Below, in pieces: positions 1-10,040 of a DNA stretch of 64,000 bases. Under the pieces are notes generated by a model. The model did not search any database and had not been told where the DNA came from. It saw only the letters and a list, made by a program, of their open reading frames with translations. Made by a program: the position numbers and the translations under genes. This stretch comes from Nitrosopumilus sp. (lineage in GTDB: Archaea; Thermoproteota; Nitrososphaeria; Nitrososphaerales; Nitrosopumilaceae): positions 2,656,001 through 2,720,000 of the forward strand of contig OZ243974.1 of NCBI GenBank assembly GCA_965214775.1, in the 5' to 3' direction. How positions within the stretch are numbered: the first letter of the stretch is position 1; each line of letters opens with the position of its first letter.

Positions 1-525
1 AGGACAGGAATCAAAAACGCCCTAGAGCAAATTTCAACGATTGAAGAAGAGGTCGAAAACCTGAGAAGAAAGATCACCCGCGAGGTTGCAGACGTAGGCG
101 GGCTGATCATGAACAGGGAAAACCTCCTCAACACGGCATACACAATGGATGAGATTGCAGGATACATTACGGGAATTTCGTTCAAACTCTCAAACGTGAA
201 ACCGACTACATTGAAAAGCGCAAAGCTGGACAAGGACGTTACAAAACTAATCGAACTAGTTGTAGATGAGGTCTACAAACTAAACGAGATCATCAGAAGC
301 CTAAACACAAACACGGCAAATGCAATCGAACTGGCACAGGAAACACAGACAATTGAGCGTGAAATCGACGTCAAATACAGACAGGCTACATTAAAACTCC
401 TGACCGAAGTTGGAAACACAAAAGAGCTGATGCTCATGAAGGATGTCATCGAGGGAATCGAAGAGATGGCAGACAAGTGCCAAAGAGTTTCAGATTCGTT
501 CATACTGTTGGCATTAAGCCTCTGA
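1..525 (+). CDS. DUF47/PhoU-like phosphate transport regulator (5'-truncated by window edge)
   Basis: Frame is open from base 1; helical protein with IEEEVENLRR, IEREIDVKYR and IEEMADKC motifs typical of DUF47. Confidence 0.8.
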   Translation, partial: RTGIKNALEQISTIEEEVENLRRKITREVADVGGLIMNRENLLNTAYTMDEIAGYITGISFKLSNVKPTTLKSAKLDKDVTKLIELVVDEVYKLNEIIRSLNTNTANAIELAQETQTIEREIDVKYRQATLKLLTEVGNTKELMLMKDVIEGIEEMADKCQRVSDSFILLALSL

Positions 526-611
526 CGGACGTATGCACATACACATCATTTACTTTTTGCCCTATTTTTCGCACCAAGAGAATTCATATACGTTACAAAC
601 CGTCTAAAACC

Positions 612-1148
612 ATGAAAAGCGAGTTGGTTGAAAACAGAATCATTGTTTGGGACATTGAGGATTCAAAAAAGCTTTTCAGCAAGGGGTATTATGGAAAACC
701 CATCGGAATTCCAAAACCAAAACCTGAAGAAATTGACGTTCCGCTAGTTTTAGACTTGATCGAGGGATTGTATCTTTTAGAAAACAAAAAGATCACGGTT
801 ACAAAATCAAGACGAAAAGTCACAGTTGATAAAATGACAGAGATTTGCAAAAAAGAATACCACGGCTTTGACAAGAAATATCTGGTTTACAAGGATTTCA
901 GGGACAAGGGATACATAATCAATCCCGGAATCAAGTTTGGTTGTGACTTTGCAGTGTATGAAAGGGGGCCGGGCATTGATCACGCCCCGTACCTGGTTCA
1001 AGTGTATGACAGAAGTGAGGCAATCACGTCAACTAGAATAGTTCTTGCAGGAAGGCTGGCAGCAGCTGTCAAAAAGCAGTTTATTCTGGCAATCCCCAAG
1101 GGAAAGGACAGAGTGGATTTTCTAGCCCTGGACTGGTGGAAGGCTTAG
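612..1148 (+). CDS. endA: tRNA-intron endonuclease
   Basis: YLVYKDFRDKGY, GIKFGCDFAVY, PGIDHAPY and LAAAVKK carry the catalytic Y/H/K motifs; ATG at 612. Confidence 0.92.
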   Translation: MKSELVENRIIVWDIEDSKKLFSKGYYGKPIGIPKPKPEEIDVPLVLDLIEGLYLLENKKITVTKSRRKVTVDKMTEICKKEYHGFDKKYLVYKDFRDKGYIINPGIKFGCDFAVYERGPGIDHAPYLVQVYDRSEAITSTRIVLAGRLAAAVKKQFILAIPKGKDRVDFLALDWWKA

Positions 1149-1528
1149 ACAGATGACGATTTTATGTGGCCGGCAATGCAGTCATAAATTTCAAAGAGCT
1201 CTTTTGTAATTCCAAAAGACAGGTGATCATCCCATTTGCCCCTGATTCTTATGGCGCCATCAGTGGGCTCTACATAGATGGTTGCATCCTTTACTGACTG
1301 CCTTGCAATCATCTCGTTTAGTTTGGCATCCTCGTTGAGTTTTGTTGCAAGGATTCCCGGACCGTTCCAAGAAACAGAAACCACGGTTTTTGAGGCAAAA
1401 TGCCCCTTTGTGTCTAGGATTGTTCTTGCCACATAGCTGCCGGCATCAGCACCAGCACTTTTTCTTACGATAAAGTGTGCCTGGTATCTGTCTAGTGCGC
1501 CCCATGGAAGTGGATTTGGATCTTGCAT
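1145..1528 (-). CDS. hypothetical protein
   Basis: 127-aa ORF with core-like composition, co-directional with 1537-1779. Confidence 0.7.
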   Translation of the reverse strand: MQDPNPLPWGALDRYQAHFIVRKSAGADAGSYVARTILDTKGHFASKTVVSVSWNGPGILATKLNEDAKLNEMIARQSVKDATIYVEPTDGAIRIRGKWDDHLSFGITKELFEIYDCIAGHIKSSSV

Positions 1529-1536
1529 GACTACTG

Positions 1537-1779
1537 CTATCCCTTTTGTATAATTTGGATGACGTCAATATTGGAGTTTTTTACATCCAAGCATCCTCGA
1601 TTCGTGACCATCCGGGCAGTATGGGCAAAATATCTGCTGTAATAATCACCCAGCAGTTCAACGTCATCGGTTCCAATTTCTTTGGATTCAGAGTCTATGC
1701 CGATCTCCTCTAGCATTTTGCTGAATTTTTCGGGCCAAGTTTGGTAGACAAACGTGTCTGGCTCTGAGTCATGCATCAA
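1537..1779 (-). CDS. hypothetical protein
   Basis: 80-aa ORF divergent from the SDR gene; shares a weak GDYY/DRY similarity with its neighbour. Confidence 0.65.
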   Translation of the reverse strand: MMHDSEPDTFVYQTWPEKFSKMLEEIGIDSESKEIGTDDVELLGDYYSRYFAHTARMVTNRGCLDVKNSNIDVIQIIQKG

Positions 1780-1876
1780 AAATCATGAATCATGCCCACA
1801 AATAAAGATATCAAAAAAACTCTCCCAGGGATCAATCCAAATAAATATCACAGATGAATGGGGATTTTGTTTCACC

Positions 1877-3652
1877 ATGAAATTCCAGAACAAAGTCGCC
1901 CTTGTAACGGGAAGCGGAACAGGAATCGGAAAGGCCATTGCCACCAAGTTTGTCGAGGAGGGTGCAAGCGTGATCATCCTTGGAAGAAGGAAAGAGCCGC
2001 TTGAACAGGCAGCAAAGGAACTGGAAGGAAAGATCCCCCAGGCAGCAGCAGGAGGAAGAGGCTCCACAGTCAGGATTTTTGCAGGGGTTGACGTTGCTGA
2101 CGAATCTGCAATGAACAACATGTTTGATATTCTGAAAAATGACAACGTTACTGTTGATTACATGATTAACAATGCAGGGGTTTCAGGTCCCGTCACCTGC
2201 TTTGCAAACTCGCCAGTTGACGAGTTTAAGTGCACGGTGGGAATCCACCTGACAGGCACCTTCTGGGGCTCCGTACAGGCACTGAGAGTTATGAAAAAAG
2301 GAGGAAAGATAATTACAATTTCGACATTCTTTACCGAAGAGAGGCCATTAGAACAAAGGCCATACAGGTTCAGAAGCCCATATACTGCATCACAGGGTGC
2401 AAAGAACAGGCTAGCTGAATGCATGTCATGGGAATTAACTGAGAAAGGAATTGTTTCAATTGCAACAAATCCCGGACCGGTTCACTCTGATAGAATTTAC
2501 AAGACAGTATATCCAAAGGCTGCTGCAGAATTTATGAGAGTCAGTGGATTTGAGGACTTGGATCCGGTCCAAGTTGAGGAATCAAGAGACGATCTGCTAG
2601 AATGCATACTAGCTGATGGTATTGACAAACAAGGAATTGCCAAAGTGGCAGAAAAACTGGCAGACGGAAGAGACGTTGCAAAACTTACTGAGACATACAC
2701 AAACCTGCTGACCAAAATCAAGACAATTGCAGAAAAAGTTCAAAACAATACATCCCACATGATTGCAAACAAAGAATTTTTGGAACAGTCACAAGTGGCA
2801 GAATCTGTTCTCAATCTGTGCGACGATGAAATTGCAAACATTCTCAATGGCAAGGTCATTCCAGGCGACAGGGTCTTCTATCCAGTCAAGCCGCACGTCG
2901 GAACGGCGACTCCCGGCGTCCATCAGCCAGACTTTGCAGGAAGATCGGTGGTTTTCACCATAGATGGAACAGACAGGGCAGACGCACAAAGGGTGGAATT
3001 TTTGGCACGGCACGTTGAGAAGAACAATGGCAAAGTAGCATGTTTTATCTCGCAAACTACGCCGACTGAGGTTCAAGAGTCAATTAGCGGCAAATTCCAC
3101 TCGCATATAGTAGACATTTCAAATCCCGAAGAGGTTCAGAGGTGGCTAAACACCGCAAGGGCAAACATTGGTGATATTTTAGGCGTAATTCACGTTACTG
3201 GAAGACTTCCAGACATGGGCAAGCTGACTGAACTAGACAGGGCAGCATGGGAGGAACTGGTCGCAAAATTCATCACCACTCCGGCAATTGTCGCCCAAAG
3301 GGCATTGGAGCACTATGTCCCAGGAGGCAGAAAAGACCCAAGGCTGTTCAAAGACAAGACAGGCTCCATTATGATCATCGGTCCTGACTTGCCGGTGGGA
3401 CGCAAAGTCTCAGGCATTCAGAGAGCTCAGGTAGAAGTTTTCAGGGGGGCCCTCAGGCCGTTTACGACAACAGTAAACCAAGAACTAAGCGACGTCCTAA
3501 AATCAAAGATCAGGTTGTTTACAGTGCTTCCCGGTTCTGTTACAGGTTCTGAGCCGGACAATCAAAAAATTGCAGATGCGTTTAACTTTCTTGTATCAGA
3601 AAGCTCCGCTTCATCATCTGAAGTAACTTTCTGTGTTGACGAGTCAAGGTAA
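1877..3652 (+). CDS. tandem short-chain dehydrogenase/reductase (malonyl-CoA reductase N-half-like)
   Basis: TGSGTGIG, NNAG, RSPYTASQ and PGPVHSDRI motifs; second degenerate SDR fold in the C-terminal half; ATG at 1877. Confidence 0.85.
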   Translation: MKFQNKVALVTGSGTGIGKAIATKFVEEGASVIILGRRKEPLEQAAKELEGKIPQAAAGGRGSTVRIFAGVDVADESAMNNMFDILKNDNVTVDYMINNAGVSGPVTCFANSPVDEFKCTVGIHLTGTFWGSVQALRVMKKGGKIITISTFFTEERPLEQRPYRFRSPYTASQGAKNRLAECMSWELTEKGIVSIATNPGPVHSDRIYKTVYPKAAAEFMRVSGFEDLDPVQVEESRDDLLECILADGIDKQGIAKVAEKLADGRDVAKLTETYTNLLTKIKTIAEKVQNNTSHMIANKEFLEQSQVAESVLNLCDDEIANILNGKVIPGDRVFYPVKPHVGTATPGVHQPDFAGRSVVFTIDGTDRADAQRVEFLARHVEKNNGKVACFISQTTPTEVQESISGKFHSHIVDISNPEEVQRWLNTARANIGDILGVIHVTGRLPDMGKLTELDRAAWEELVAKFITTPAIVAQRALEHYVPGGRKDPRLFKDKTGSIMIIGPDLPVGRKVSGIQRAQVEVFRGALRPFTTTVNQELSDVLKSKIRLFTVLPGSVTGSEPDNQKIADAFNFLVSESSASSSEVTFCVDESR

Positions 3653-3654
3653 GA

Positions 3655-4104
3655 ATGAAAAAATTCAAAGAGTTCAGAGTAGGAGACACGTTCCAGTCCA
3701 CATGCAGTATTTCCGGCAAAGAACTTGAAGAGTATCTAGGCTTCTCCAGAGTTCGAAACGCGTTCTTGGATGAAATGAAAAAAACAGAGCCGATGGTTTC
3801 AGGAAGAGCAATTTTATCAAGAATGGAAGGGGAATTTACAAGACTGAGCCAGATTTACGGAAACCACATTGTCTTTATCGGGACAGACGGGGACGCAGAA
3901 TGGGAAAACAGAAGCACTAGGTTTCTAAAGCCATTATCCACTGATCAGGTGTTAAGATTAAAGTTCACTGTATCTGAAAAGGAAGACATTGATGAGGAGT
4001 ATGGAAAAATCGCAATAGATTTTGAGGGAACAGACAAGGATGGAAAAACCATCGTCATATCCAAAAAGAATCTCTACAGAATTAAAAAAGAACCTCCAGG
4101 ATGA
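3655..4104 (+). CDS. MaoC-like hotdog-fold protein
   Basis: FKEFRVGDTF start, PMVSG and RFLKP motifs; 2 bp after the SDR stop. Confidence 0.7.
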   Translation: MKKFKEFRVGDTFQSTCSISGKELEEYLGFSRVRNAFLDEMKKTEPMVSGRAILSRMEGEFTRLSQIYGNHIVFIGTDGDAEWENRSTRFLKPLSTDQVLRLKFTVSEKEDIDEEYGKIAIDFEGTDKDGKTIVISKKNLYRIKKEPPG

Positions 4105-4289
4105 CATGCTGAGAACGGAGTTGTTTCCTAATTTCACCTGCCTGACTCTGCCTGTATGTTTTTCTGAATTTTCCCCCTGATGCCACGAACTGTTTTTTCT
4201 GTATACTCATGCATGTACGTATGACTTGATCTTAATCTTTGGATCAAAAATAGTTGTCAAGATTGTCCGCTTCTTTTATGTGCTGACTA

Positions 4290-4487
4290 CATGAACAAGA
4301 CGAAAATCCTCACGGACGCCATGCATGTCAAAAAGGATGCTAGGGATCACACCAGAATCCTGGCGGGCGCTCCGTGCTGCTTGGCAACACCACTGCACAG
4401 ACCGCAGAGATTGCCGGCGTGACACAGCGTACCGTACATATGTGGATCAAGGGATTCGAGTTTGATGGCACTGATGGTCTCTGCGAC
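4290..4487 (+). pseudogene. IS630-type transposase N-terminal HTH remnant
   Basis: MNKTKILTDAMHVKKDAR, then a frameshift into TAEIAGVTQRTVHMWIKGF..DGTDGL; resembles the N-terminus of 13556-14575. Confidence 0.6.
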
Positions 4488-4577
4488 GTACGAGTTTACC
4501 CCTTGGGCGTCACTGGTGTCTGGAGCCTTTATTATCACGCCTGCCACGCCGTATCCCAGGCAGGGGTAAACTCGTAC
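4488..4577. mobile_element. MITE family G (about 90 bp)
   Basis: Perfect 16-bp inverted repeat GTACGAGTTTACCCCT / AGGGGTAAACTCGTAC; related right end at 55028-55097. Confidence 0.7.
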
Positions 4578-4615
4578 CCTCACAAGACCACTAGAAAAGC
4601 AGCGCAGACAAAATT

Positions 4616-5389
4616 TCAAGGCCAAAACATCATTGTTCCATCAATAACGGAATCAAAAAATAATTTTCCAGCTGCAATCAAAATTACAACTGAAACAAGA
4701 ATTTGCAAGTAACGTTCTGTGATTTCAATGGACAGCCTTGCTCCGACTAGCCCTCCTGCAAACGAGCCTGCTGCCAAAAACCCAGCTTGGGTAAAATCAG
4801 GATGTCCAAGAAAACTATGGGTGATGACCCCAGACAAAGACGCAAACAATAAAATTAATTGAGATGTCGGAGCGGCCCTTTTCATTGCCATCCCCATTCC
4901 AGCTACCATTAGCGGAACAAATACAATCCCCCCGCCAATTCCAAAGAAAGACGAGATTATTCCCGCAAAAAAGCTTGCACCTACTGCAAAAATCACCACC
5001 TGTATGGATAGTTTTTTTTCTTTTGATTCTAATTTTCTTCTCAAAAAGATATAGGCCGCCGATGCAACCAGCACCAAGCCAAACAACATCTTAAAGATGA
5101 CAGGTGTCACGTCCGAGGAGATCAGTGCGCCTAAAACAGATCCTGGAACAGAGAGCAAACCGAGCTTGATTCCTAGTGAAAATTCAACTCTTTTTTGTTT
5201 CGAATAAGAGACAGTGGACGCAACGGCGTTGCCTAGTGCTGCAAACAAACTGTTGCTAGCAGCTGCAGTAGGAGAAAAACCAAGAAATGTCAAAACAGGC
5301 ACGACAATTATGCCCCCTCCAAGTCCAATCATCGAACCCAGCATCCCTGCTGCAAAGCCAAGCAGAATTAGCCACAATTGATCAATCAT
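4616..5389 (-). CDS. TauE/SafE (TSUP) family membrane exporter
   Basis: Two GxGGGxxxVP repeats and multiple transmembrane segments. Confidence 0.9.
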   Translation of the reverse strand: MIDQLWLILLGFAAGMLGSMIGLGGGIIVVPVLTFLGFSPTAAASNSLFAALGNAVASTVSYSKQKRVEFSLGIKLGLLSVPGSVLGALISSDVTPVIFKMLFGLVLVASAAYIFLRRKLESKEKKLSIQVVIFAVGASFFAGIISSFFGIGGGIVFVPLMVAGMGMAMKRAAPTSQLILLFASLSGVITHSFLGHPDFTQAGFLAAGSFAGGLVGARLSIEITERYLQILVSVVILIAAGKLFFDSVIDGTMMFWP

Positions 5390-5428
5390 CGTAATGTCAA
5401 CCAGGGAATTTTCCATCACACAATCAGA

Positions 5429-6073
5429 CTACTTTAGAATCAGCAGCGTGCGCAAAACAGAATTTTCGTTGGAGGTTATCTCCAAAATGATTTCGGCATT
5501 TTCTAAATCTTCAACTTTGGATTTGATGTTGTGCTTGTCTGAATCAAGATAGAATTTTTCTACGGCCTCAAACCAAGAGGTTGGAGTTGGAAACTCCTTG
5601 GATTGCTGCTCCTCCTCCCAGCAGTCACAAACAAGGGATTCTATCATGCTTTCAAAAATTCTAAAGACCTTGTCCCTATTGGCATCCAATGTGCTTGTTT
5701 CAAGATTCGCTATGGCCACAACCGGGGAATCAACATCACCTCCTAGATTGATGTTGCCAAGGGCATTTCCCGAGGAATCATAAACGGCAGTAGTTGTACA
5801 ATAACTCACAGATCTTGCAAGTTCCTTTCGCTCCTCGTCAAAATACAAGCAATACCGGTCTATGGTATCATCAGTGATGGCAGTAGGAGGCGAGACGATA
5901 ATGCCATGCTCTGCCAAAGCTGTTTGAATTAACTCAATATCATAATAGGTAAAACCGGATTCGTAAATCGGAATTGATTCAGGTTCTGACTTTGTACTGC
6001 CTGCCAGGATTACAGATGCTGAAATTGCTGCAATTGCCCCAATTACGATTGGTATGATCACTAGTTTGTTCAC
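5429..6073 (-). CDS. membrane-anchored hypothetical protein
   Basis: N-terminal hydrophobic anchor; YC, CTTT and CDCW motifs. Confidence 0.75.
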   Translation of the reverse strand: MNKLVIIPIVIGAIAAISASVILAGSTKSEPESIPIYESGFTYYDIELIQTALAEHGIIVSPPTAITDDTIDRYCLYFDEERKELARSVSYCTTTAVYDSSGNALGNINLGGDVDSPVVAIANLETSTLDANRDKVFRIFESMIESLVCDCWEEEQQSKEFPTPTSWFEAVEKFYLDSDKHNIKSKVEDLENAEIILEITSNENSVLRTLLILK

Positions 6074-6111
6074 AAAATACAGGCGTTATGTTCAAAGATA
6101 AGGTTTTGCAA

Positions 6112-6603
6112 TCAGATAGAAATTATTCTCAAAACGGAGTCTTGTGTGATGTTGTTTGCATCAACAAAGCCTGCAGTTACTTCCAACACATACTTTGCAT
6201 CCCCTTCTGGGACAACGCTCTGACATGTTGTGATCTCTAGTGCGGTCTTACATGGCGGAACGTCTTTTTCAATGTGTACTACCTTTCCGTCTTCATCAAA
6301 CCAGATCATGTCTAGATGAAATTGCATGTTTAGCATCCACAATGAGTAAAGGCCCGGTTCGTCAAATACGAAGATCATTCCCTGATCGCCTGGCAATTGC
6401 TCCTGGAACATCAAACCACGAACGCGTCTCGGTTCAGTGTCAGCTATTTGTACCTCCAAGGGGACATCGTCAACCTTGATTGTTCCTCGGGGAAACTCCA
6501 CTGACTCTAACTTGCTTTCACTTGGGATGGACATCAAACCAACCACGCCCACAATAACTGCGGCCACAATGATTGGAACCAGGGCCTGGGTTCTAGTAGC
6601 CAT
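6112..6603 (-). CDS. DUF192 domain protein
   Basis: IADTEPRRVRGLM, GMIFVF, WMLNM..LDMIW and YVLEV motifs. Confidence 0.9.
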   Translation of the reverse strand: MATRTQALVPIIVAAVIVGVVGLMSIPSESKLESVEFPRGTIKVDDVPLEVQIADTEPRRVRGLMFQEQLPGDQGMIFVFDEPGLYSLWMLNMQFHLDMIWFDEDGKVVHIEKDVPPCKTALEITTCQSVVPEGDAKYVLEVTAGFVDANNITQDSVLRIISI

Positions 6604-6641
6604 GAAATTAGTCAGTTGTGTCCTTTTAAAAACTAAGACAG

Positions 6642-6995
6642 TCACAACATTACGGATTGCTTGAAATCGCGAATCGAAGAGATCGTGTTTTTTGCCTCAT
6701 GGCCGATATCATGAATGGTGGCACTGTTGTATTTTTTCTCCAAATACCGACCTGCGACAATCATGGGTCCTCCCACTGCACAGGTCACGCCGGTCGGTTC
6801 TGGAACCCACAGCATCAGAAATCCGATTTTTTGCAGTTTTTTGCCAGGTGCAGGGGCTTTTTGCAAGGCATTCAGCGAGTTTGCAGCGTGTTTTCCATCC
6901 ATTCCGGCGACATCACTGTACAAACCGGCTCTGCGTTTGGCAGACTCTGAGAATTTCTTTAATTTGTCGAGTCGTTCCTTTAAGGGGTCAACCAT
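6642..6995 (-). CDS. hypothetical protein
   Basis: 117-aa ORF in the same run of minus-strand genes; WVPEPTG motif. Confidence 0.6.
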   Translation of the reverse strand: MVDPLKERLDKLKKFSESAKRRAGLYSDVAGMDGKHAANSLNALQKAPAPGKKLQKIGFLMLWVPEPTGVTCAVGGPMIVAGRYLEKKYNSATIHDIGHEAKNTISSIRDFKQSVML

Positions 6996-7130
6996 TCCAC
7001 CATACCATTTAGAAAAGAATAGTTAAGATTCAAGGATCAACAACGATTACCTACAAGTCAACAATGAGTGACAAAATTTCAACAAAAAGACACCCAATTA
7101 TACTAGCCCTGATTTAGATACAAGGATCAG

Positions 7131-7595
7131 ATGAAGCCAAAAACCACCAAGAGGCTGGACTCCATCAAGGCCGCACACAAATCAGAGAGGGCAAGATCTA
7201 GCTCTAGAATGGAGGATTACCTGGAAATCATTTCAGAGCTAGTAGAGCTCAAAGGCTATGCCACGACACTGGACATTTCAAGATACATGAATGTAAGTGC
7301 CCCAAGTGTGACTAAGATGCTTCAACGGTTAGACGAGAATGGGTTTTTAGAATACGAAAAATACCACGGAATCAATCTGACAGACAAGGGAGTGCAAATT
7401 GCGCAAGGCATTAGGCAAAAGCACGGCATCTTGCTGGAGTTCTTTGAGATTCTGGGGATCGGATACGACACTGCAAATGAGGACATTGAAGGAATAGAAC
7501 ACCACCTAAATCCAAAAACAATCAAACAACTAAGAAAATTCATCACATTTCTAAAAGCAGACCCAAAGATTATCGATAATTTTAAAAGTCTTTGA
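7131..7595 (+). CDS. DtxR/MntR family metal-dependent regulator
   Basis: MEDYLEII, VSAPSVTKML, KHGILLEFF and IEHH motifs. Confidence 0.92.
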   Translation: MKPKTTKRLDSIKAAHKSERARSSSRMEDYLEIISELVELKGYATTLDISRYMNVSAPSVTKMLQRLDENGFLEYEKYHGINLTDKGVQIAQGIRQKHGILLEFFEILGIGYDTANEDIEGIEHHLNPKTIKQLRKFITFLKADPKIIDNFKSL

Positions 7596-9408
7596 GCAAG
7601 ATTTGAATCTCGTTTTGTGATGAGGCACGCTTCATCAATGCCTTGGCAGTGCTTGAGCGCTTTGAAATCTTGATTTGGCCCTTCTTTCCAATTCTGACTG
7701 ATGCGACATATTTGTCATGGACATAGATATCGGCATGCATTGAGGTGTACTCCCTGCTTACAGTTAGAATTAGCGAGGTCTTGGATTCTGAGAAGGTAAA
7801 CGGCAGATCGTTTGTGATTCCAGATGATTCATGACGGTCTTTTGGGACAACATCAATGTGAACTTTGAGTGATTTCTCAATTTCGTTAATGTTTGAGCCG
7901 CCTCTTCCAATAATGGATGGAATGCATTGTTCGTCAACCATTACTTTGACACGATTCTCTGATTGAATTTCAACTTGGGCCTGTGGGTCATATCGTTTGA
8001 AGGTCTCACGAACTTTGTCCTCTGCAAGCTTCTCAATGCCGATCTTCTCAGTCTTTTTGCCTACTGGAACTATTACGTTTTCCTCTCCAAAGGTGTAGAT
8101 TTCGTGCTCTAGTGTATTGTCCTCAAAATTTCTGATTTCTATTACAGGACGTGCAAGATCTGACTCGGTCATCCCGGAAGGAACCTTGACTTTTAATTCC
8201 AAGTCATACACTTTTTCTATTTTTCCGTTCTTGACAAAGACTACGGTATCCAAAACGTTTGGGATGATTCCCAGCTCTATCTTTCCAATAAATCTTTGAA
8301 TTGCATCAAGCGGAGAGTTTGCATGGACTACTCCCACCATTCCGACTCCGGTGAGTCGAAGATCAGCAAATGTTACAAAATCCTCCCTTCTTCGGACTTC
8401 ATCAAAGACGGTATAATCTGGCCTGACAAGCAGCAAAATGTCTGCAGTGTTGTCAAAACTTCCGTCAAGTTTGCTGTACTGTGTAATTCCGGAATCCACC
8501 TGCAGGTCTCTTGGGGACTCGAATGTTTTTACAATTTTACCTTGACTGTGGTAAAAATTTGCAAGGCCGGAGGCCAGCGTGCTTTTTCCTGAACCGGGAG
8601 AACCCGAAATTACAATTCCTTCTGCCCTGTCAGAAAATCTTTTCATCAGTTCTTCAGATACCTTATAGTCACTTAGATCTAATTTCGCTATTGGATGCAC
8701 TATTGTTATCTCAAAGGATTCTGAAAATGGAGGATGGGTGATTGCAATTCGATAGTCACCGTGCTGAATTACAGATGCGCCTGTTTGTGAAACCTCTATG
8801 GTGTTGTCATCTGAGGCATTTACGGCATTCAGGATTTGAGATGAGATCATTTCCAGATAATTACGAGTCAGGATTTCATCAGACAATACGGCAAGAGTAA
8901 AGGTTCCAGGCATGCCTTTCTTGCCCAGGGGCTGCTGGTTCTCCTTTAGATGAACGCTCATGGTTTCAGAATCAAAGAACTTTAGGAACTCCAGATCCTC
9001 CCTTTTGATCTCAGGTTTCAGATATACGGTGCCAACCCCCTCTGCCTGCGCAACCAGATGCTGCACATTGTCAGAAGTGTACAGAATTGCTTCGTTTTGT
9101 TTTGCGAGATCGGTGATAATTGCGTCAATTCTTCCCTTGTGGGCATATTCAATGTCGTCATTTGACGGGTGTGTGCCCGACATGGACACTGTCAGGCCGA
9201 ATTCTTGGGAGATCCTTTTCAAAGTCTTGATTTTCTCCAAGCCGACGAACCCTTGCTCCTTTTTTGTGGATGCCTGGGATTGCAGCTCATCAAAAACAGC
9301 CTGAGGGATGATAATCTCTGAATTCCTAACGGCTCCAGACTCAATTTGTGAGATTAGCTGTCCGTTAATGATCACGCTAGTATCAGCTACAATTTTAGAC
9401 AAATTCAC
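7582..9408 (-). CDS. PINA-type PIN domain ATPase with KH domain
   Basis: N-terminal PIN (VADTSVI), Walker A GSPGSGKST, RPDYTVFDEVR and C-terminal KH (IIGRGG). Confidence 0.9.
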   Translation of the reverse strand: MNLSKIVADTSVIINGQLISQIESGAVRNSEIIIPQAVFDELQSQASTKKEQGFVGLEKIKTLKRISQEFGLTVSMSGTHPSNDDIEYAHKGRIDAIITDLAKQNEAILYTSDNVQHLVAQAEGVGTVYLKPEIKREDLEFLKFFDSETMSVHLKENQQPLGKKGMPGTFTLAVLSDEILTRNYLEMISSQILNAVNASDDNTIEVSQTGASVIQHGDYRIAITHPPFSESFEITIVHPIAKLDLSDYKVSEELMKRFSDRAEGIVISGSPGSGKSTLASGLANFYHSQGKIVKTFESPRDLQVDSGITQYSKLDGSFDNTADILLLVRPDYTVFDEVRRREDFVTFADLRLTGVGMVGVVHANSPLDAIQRFIGKIELGIIPNVLDTVVFVKNGKIEKVYDLELKVKVPSGMTESDLARPVIEIRNFEDNTLEHEIYTFGEENVIVPVGKKTEKIGIEKLAEDKVRETFKRYDPQAQVEIQSENRVKVMVDEQCIPSIIGRGGSNINEIEKSLKVHIDVVPKDRHESSGITNDLPFTFSESKTSLILTVSREYTSMHADIYVHDKYVASVRIGKKGQIKISKRSSTAKALMKRASSQNEIQILLKDF

Positions 9409-9501
9409 TGTAAAGTCAGAAACACGCCCTAATTACCTTTCTAAAAACAACAGAAATTGTGACTGATCGGGCTGCCTTTACGCTTAACTCCAAAAGATCC
9501 C

Positions 9502-9717
9502 AGAGATAATCCGAGATTAGAGACCGTGCGAATTTTTCAAGTAATTTCAGATAGTCTGTATTTTGTTGATATTTTGAGTTGTTTTATACAAATTTATTTA
9601 CAAATATAGCAACGAGCAGAAATAATTGAGGTTTTTTACGTGTAGTTATGACCTACTTTGACTCAAAGACTTCTGCCCGTTGCTATAATCAGAGTCTGCT
9701 AATTTCGAATCAACTCT
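9502..9717. mobile_element. MITE family A copy carrying a nested family B MITE
   Basis: Ends AGAGATAATCCGAGATTAG / CTAATTTCGAATCAACTCT match the ends of the IS5-type element at 44722-45880. Confidence 0.85.
9607..9685. mobile_element. MITE family B (IS630-derived)
   Basis: TAGCAACG..CGTTGCTA ends with TA duplication, matching IS630 at 13547-14652. Confidence 0.85.
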
Positions 9718-9841
9718 GCCCCCAAGGCAGGCAGGCAGTCCAACAGGAGTGTGCGGATGCTCTGCTTAAAGAAAACAGACTCTCAGAACTAAAATTTCTC
9801 ACCCTATGAGAAAAATGGGATCTTTGAGAAGATATGATGCC

Positions 9842-9973
9842 ATGCAGCAAAAAAATGAAGATTTTTACCAAAACTGCTCAAAATATTTTGAATTTTTGAG
9901 GAAAAAAGGCGCTACTGACCGTGATTTTGAGGATGAATACTATTTCACAATGCCTGCAATCTCAAGCCACTGA
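9842..9973 (+). CDS. small hypothetical protein (43 aa)
   Basis: MQQKNEDFYQNCSKYFEFLRKKGATDRDFEDEYYFTMPAISSH, read manually; below the ORF-track cutoff. Confidence 0.5.
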   Translation: MQQKNEDFYQNCSKYFEFLRKKGATDRDFEDEYYFTMPAISSH

Positions 9974-9980
9974 CTGCCAA

Positions 9981-10040
9981 AGAGATAATCCAAAATTAGA
10001 AGCCGTACGAATTTTTCAAGTAATTTCACATATCTTGTAT
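9981..10040. mobile_element. MITE family A left half
   Basis: Matches the first about 60 bp of 16842-16978, then breaks at TGTAT. Confidence 0.75.
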
